A stretch of DNA of 64,000 bases, taken from the NCBI GenBank assembly GCA_020057885.1, contig JAGVEX010000006.1, forward strand, positions 23,850 to 87,849, read 5' to 3'. This DNA comes from a bacterium (lineage in GTDB: Bacteria; Patescibacteriota; Patescibacteriia; Veblenbacterales; UBA10138). Positions 61,593 to 64,000 of the stretch are shown piece by piece (the stretch's first letter is position 1; every line of letters begins with the position of its first letter). The notes beneath the pieces are model-generated. The model was not told where the DNA came from and did not search any database. It was given only the letters and a program-made list of their open reading frames with translations. Position numbers and translations under genes: made by a program.

Positions 61593-61832
61593 CTATTGCA
61601 CCATAAATGGCACTAGCGCCATAATGCGTGCGCGTTTTACCGCCATAGCAAACTTGCGTTGATGTTTTAAACAGGTACCAGTGCGGCGACGAGGGAGTAA
61701 TTTACCGTGACTGGATAAAAATTTTTGTAAAATACGCGTATCTTTGTAATCTATCTCATTAAGACCGTTGATACAAAAGTAGCAAACACGTATTTTGGGA
61801 GCTTGAGTTGTTCTCTTATATTGTTGTGGCAT
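61593..61832 (-). CDS. rpsR: 30S ribosomal protein S18
   Basis: CYFC...[48 protein letters not shown]. Confidence 0.85.
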   Translation of the reverse strand: MPQQYKRTTQAPKIRVCYFCINGLNEIDYKDTRILQKFLSSHGKLLPRRRTGTCLKHQRKFAMAVKRARIMALVPFMVQ

Positions 61833-61886
61833 AGAGAGTAATTAAAATCAGATATTTTTTAGGATTTAGGATTTCGAATTTAGGAT

Positions 61887-62318
61887 TTAAAATGGTATAT
61901 CCTCTACATTAACAGGTGTTTCTTCAATTGGTGAAGTTTGTTGTACTTCAGTTTCGTTATTGTTTGGTGTATCGGTTGAACCGCCATTTTTATCTCGGCT
62001 TAGCATAATCATATTGTCGGTAATAACTTCGGTACGCCAGTGTTTTTGACCTTGGGCATCGTCCCAAGAACGAGTTTGCAGGCGACCTTCTACATAAATT
62101 TTCATTCCCCGTTTTAAATATTGCGCGCAAATATCAGCCAATTTTCGCCAAGCTACAATATTGTGGAATTCGGCTTTTTCTTGTTTTTCGCCAGCGGCAT
62201 TAGTCCAGCGTAGGTTAGTTGCGATGCTAAAAGTAGCCACATTAGCACCTTGGGGTGTAGTGCGTACTTCGGGGTCGCGCGTTAAATTGCCAATAAGCAT
62301 TACTTTGTTGAGGTCCAT
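61887..62318 (-). CDS. ssb: Single-stranded DNA-binding protein
   Basis: MDLNKVMLIGNLTRDPEVRTTPQGANVATFSIATN...FHNIVAWRKLADI...KIYVEGRLQTRSWDD OB-fold; acidic C-terminal tip EDIPF; the ORF track starts 13 codons upstream. Confidence 0.85.
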   Translation of the reverse strand: MDLNKVMLIGNLTRDPEVRTTPQGANVATFSIATNLRWTNAAGEKQEKAEFHNIVAWRKLADICAQYLKRGMKIYVEGRLQTRSWDDAQGQKHWRTEVITDNMIMLSRDKNGGSTDTPNNNETEVQQTSPIEETPVNVEDIPF

Positions 62319-62388
62319 AAAGGTATTCCTCGTAAGATTAGCTATTGCTCGAGGCAAATAGCAACCTATTAATTAGTAAAATTAATTA

Positions 62389-62880
62389 TTATTTAACAAC
62401 TTTTTCTTCTAAAATTTGTTCTAATTTTTTATCTAAATCATCCAAATCAACTTTTACTTTACTTACCGCTTCTTTTTTCTCCTTAATTTCTTCTTGTTTA
62501 ATTGGAGTTGGTTTAACCACTTCTTCAGCTTTGGCGTGTAGGCGAGCTAGTTTTTCTTGGAAAGTTCGTTCACGCTCCATTTGTTCGGGAGATTTGAGTT
62601 GTTTTGCTACAATTTGTGCGCGCAATATTTCAGGCGACATACGGAACCAATCATTTAAGTTTTTAACTTTAGTTGGCTCTAAATTACATTCTATTACCAC
62701 ATAGGAGCCGTGGCGTATATGTTTAATAGGGTAGGCTAACTTGCGTTTGCCCATTTCTATCTCATTAGTAATTTTAGCGCCTTCACTTTGTAGCATAGTG
62801 CGCACTTTTTCTTGAACAGTAGTTGTTTCATCACTTCCTACTTTAAGAGGAATGATGTACATAATTTCGTAGTGGTTCAT
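62389..62880 (-). CDS. rpsF: 30S ribosomal protein S6 with Lys/Glu-rich C-terminal extension
   Basis: MNHYEIMYIIPLKVGSDETTTVQEKVRTMLQSEGAKITNEIEMGKRKLAYPIKH..GSYVVIECN. Confidence 0.85.
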   Translation of the reverse strand: MNHYEIMYIIPLKVGSDETTTVQEKVRTMLQSEGAKITNEIEMGKRKLAYPIKHIRHGSYVVIECNLEPTKVKNLNDWFRMSPEILRAQIVAKQLKSPEQMERERTFQEKLARLHAKAEEVVKPTPIKQEEIKEKKEAVSKVKVDLDDLDKKLEQILEEKVVK

Positions 62881-63031
62881 ACCCGTTTTAATTAAAGGAT
62901 AATAAAAAACGCCCGAAATAGGCCCCTAAAAGTAAAACCCCTCTAACTTTTAGGGATCCCCCGAAAGGAGGATATGGAGCGCTTGAGAGCGCTTATGGGC
63001 GAATATTAGCATAGGCTTTTAAACTTGGCAA
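62881..63031 (-). promoter_or_regulatory. rpsF promoter (TTGCCA-17-TAATAT on minus strand) and about 115-nt structured leader
   Basis: Minus-strand -35 at 63026-63031 and -10 at 63003-63008; leader contains 10-bp stem CCCTAAAAGT/ACTTTTAGGG and AGCGC/GCGCT hairpin. Confidence 0.35.
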
Positions 63032-63095
63032 GCCCTTAAAAGGATAGTATATTTAAGTGATATTAATTAAATAGTGGTATACTAAAATTACCTTA

Positions 63096-64000
63096 TGTCA
63101 GAATACATTTTTATACTTGGTCGCGAGCCGGAGTTTAGCATAGCTGAGCTGGTGGCTGTGGCCGCGCGCGCCAAAATAAGTTTGCAATTCAGTGTTATTA
63201 CAAATTTTTATGCCGTGGCGCAAGCAGAATTATCGCCTGACTTTTTGTCTGAACTAGCAGGCTTAGTTAAAGTGGCGCAGGTGCTAAAACCAATCCCAGC
63301 GCAAAAAGACGAGTTAGTTAACTTAGCCAGAGAAACCTTAGTAACAACTAAAAATAAATCCTGGTATTTTGGCTTTAGTTGGTATGGACAAAAACCAAAT
63401 TGGTTTAAAGAAGTCGGGATGACATTAAAACATGAGGCGCGCGAAGAGAATAGGCGAGCGCGTTTGGTTGTTTCACGTGACCCAACCTTGTCGTCGGTAG
63501 TGGTGGCCAAAAATAAACTTTTGCCACCAACTGGTTGTGAATTTATTATTGTGCCGCAAGACAAAGGAAGAGTATTAGTAGGCAGAACTATTTTTGTGCA
63601 AGCTTTTGAGGAATGGAGTGAACGTGATTATGGTCGGCCAGAGCGCGAAGCGCGCGTTGGTATGTTGCCGCCTAAACTCGCGCGGATGATGATTAATTTG
63701 GCAGGAAATTCGTCCGCTGGCTCATTGTTGGACCCTTTTTGTGGTTCTGGCACAGTTTTGCAAGAAGCCGTTTTATTGGGTTATAAAGATTTGTGGGGTT
63801 TTGATGTAGATGCCGCTGGTATTACGCGCACTCAAGTTAATTTAAAATGGCTTAAAGAAAAATATCCCAAGTTAGAATTTAAATTACAAGTGGCCCGAGC
63901 GCCAATTGAGCAATTATCAAATCAATTAAAAGATAAGCGCTTAGACTCTATTGTTACCGAGCCTTATTTAGGTCCGCCGCTTAATGGTCGTGAGGATGAA
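63096..64000 (+). CDS. THUMP-like/SAM-dependent RNA (guanine-N2 type) methyltransferase, 3' end beyond window
   Basis: ATG at 63096 preceded by TATACT; translation contains ARMMINLAG and motif I DPFCGSGTVLQEAVLLG typical of Trm11/RlmL-class N2-G methyltransferases; frame is open to the window end; not in the supplied ORF track. Confidence 0.7.

Noticed and set aside
63208-63564. ORF 63208-63564 (minus)
   Set aside because: Antisense to a well-supported plus-strand methyltransferase ORF (motif I DPFCGSGT) that runs from 63096 to the window end.
11012-64000. Search for 23S and 5S rRNA and a tRNA-Ala downstream of tRNA-Ile
   Set aside because: No 23S/5S hallmark sequences found anywhere in the window; the rRNA operon here is 16S-tRNA-Ile only.

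Overview
This 64-kb window looks like part of a small, AT-rich (about 40% GC by eye) bacterial chromosome. The gene content (FemAB, VanW, 3D-domain, O-antigen-ligase/TPR and Fn3-repeat surface proteins, reduced operons) and a 16S rRNA not linked to a 23S make a Patescibacteria/CPR-like organism the most likely source.

Most of the window is housekeeping genes recognised by motif: rnc (truncated at the 5' edge), smc, rpsP, a KH/YlqC protein, trmD, a complete 16S rRNA followed by tRNA-Ile only, tsaE/tsaD, htrA, hsp20, ruvB, polA, holA-like, rpsT, a ribL-like cytidylyltransferase, uvrB, ruvA, femAB, murE-like, rpoB, rpoC, ftsK, recA, efp, rpsR-ssb-rpsF, and a THUMP/N2-G RNA methyltransferase (truncated at the 3' edge). 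I call four tRNAs: Ile-GAT, Glu-TTC, Cys-GCA and Arg-CCG.

Features not explained by ordinary gene calls:
- A compositionally atypical island (about 4720-7235) sits inside the normally conserved rpsP-KH-rimM-trmD-rplS cluster. rimM and rplS are missing, and the island carries a wHTH protein of unknown family and an atypical Rossmann-like protein.
- Around 28727-29297, a GIY-YIG ORF and tRNA-Cys are bracketed by four copies of a roughly 45-nt two-hairpin repeat. The copies differ by compensatory stem changes, and the GIY-YIG reading frame runs 18 nt into the tRNA.
- tRNA-Ile and tRNA-Arg are each followed by a short insert and a direct repeat of their own 3' end, which looks like att-site or insertion scars.
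- A family of GC-rich palindromes (CCCTGCCTGCCGGTAGGCAGG-like) recurs in intergenic DNA, and several terminator hairpins have nearly identical sequences.
- There are candidate structured RNAs: a GC island at 20743-20960, an rpsF leader, and an inverted-repeat element upstream of ruvB.
- A 604-aa membrane-protein gene with atypical codon usage lies between rpoC and ftsK.

No CRISPR array, 23S or 5S rRNA was found. All protein identifications rest on motifs I recognised by eye; no database search was possible.
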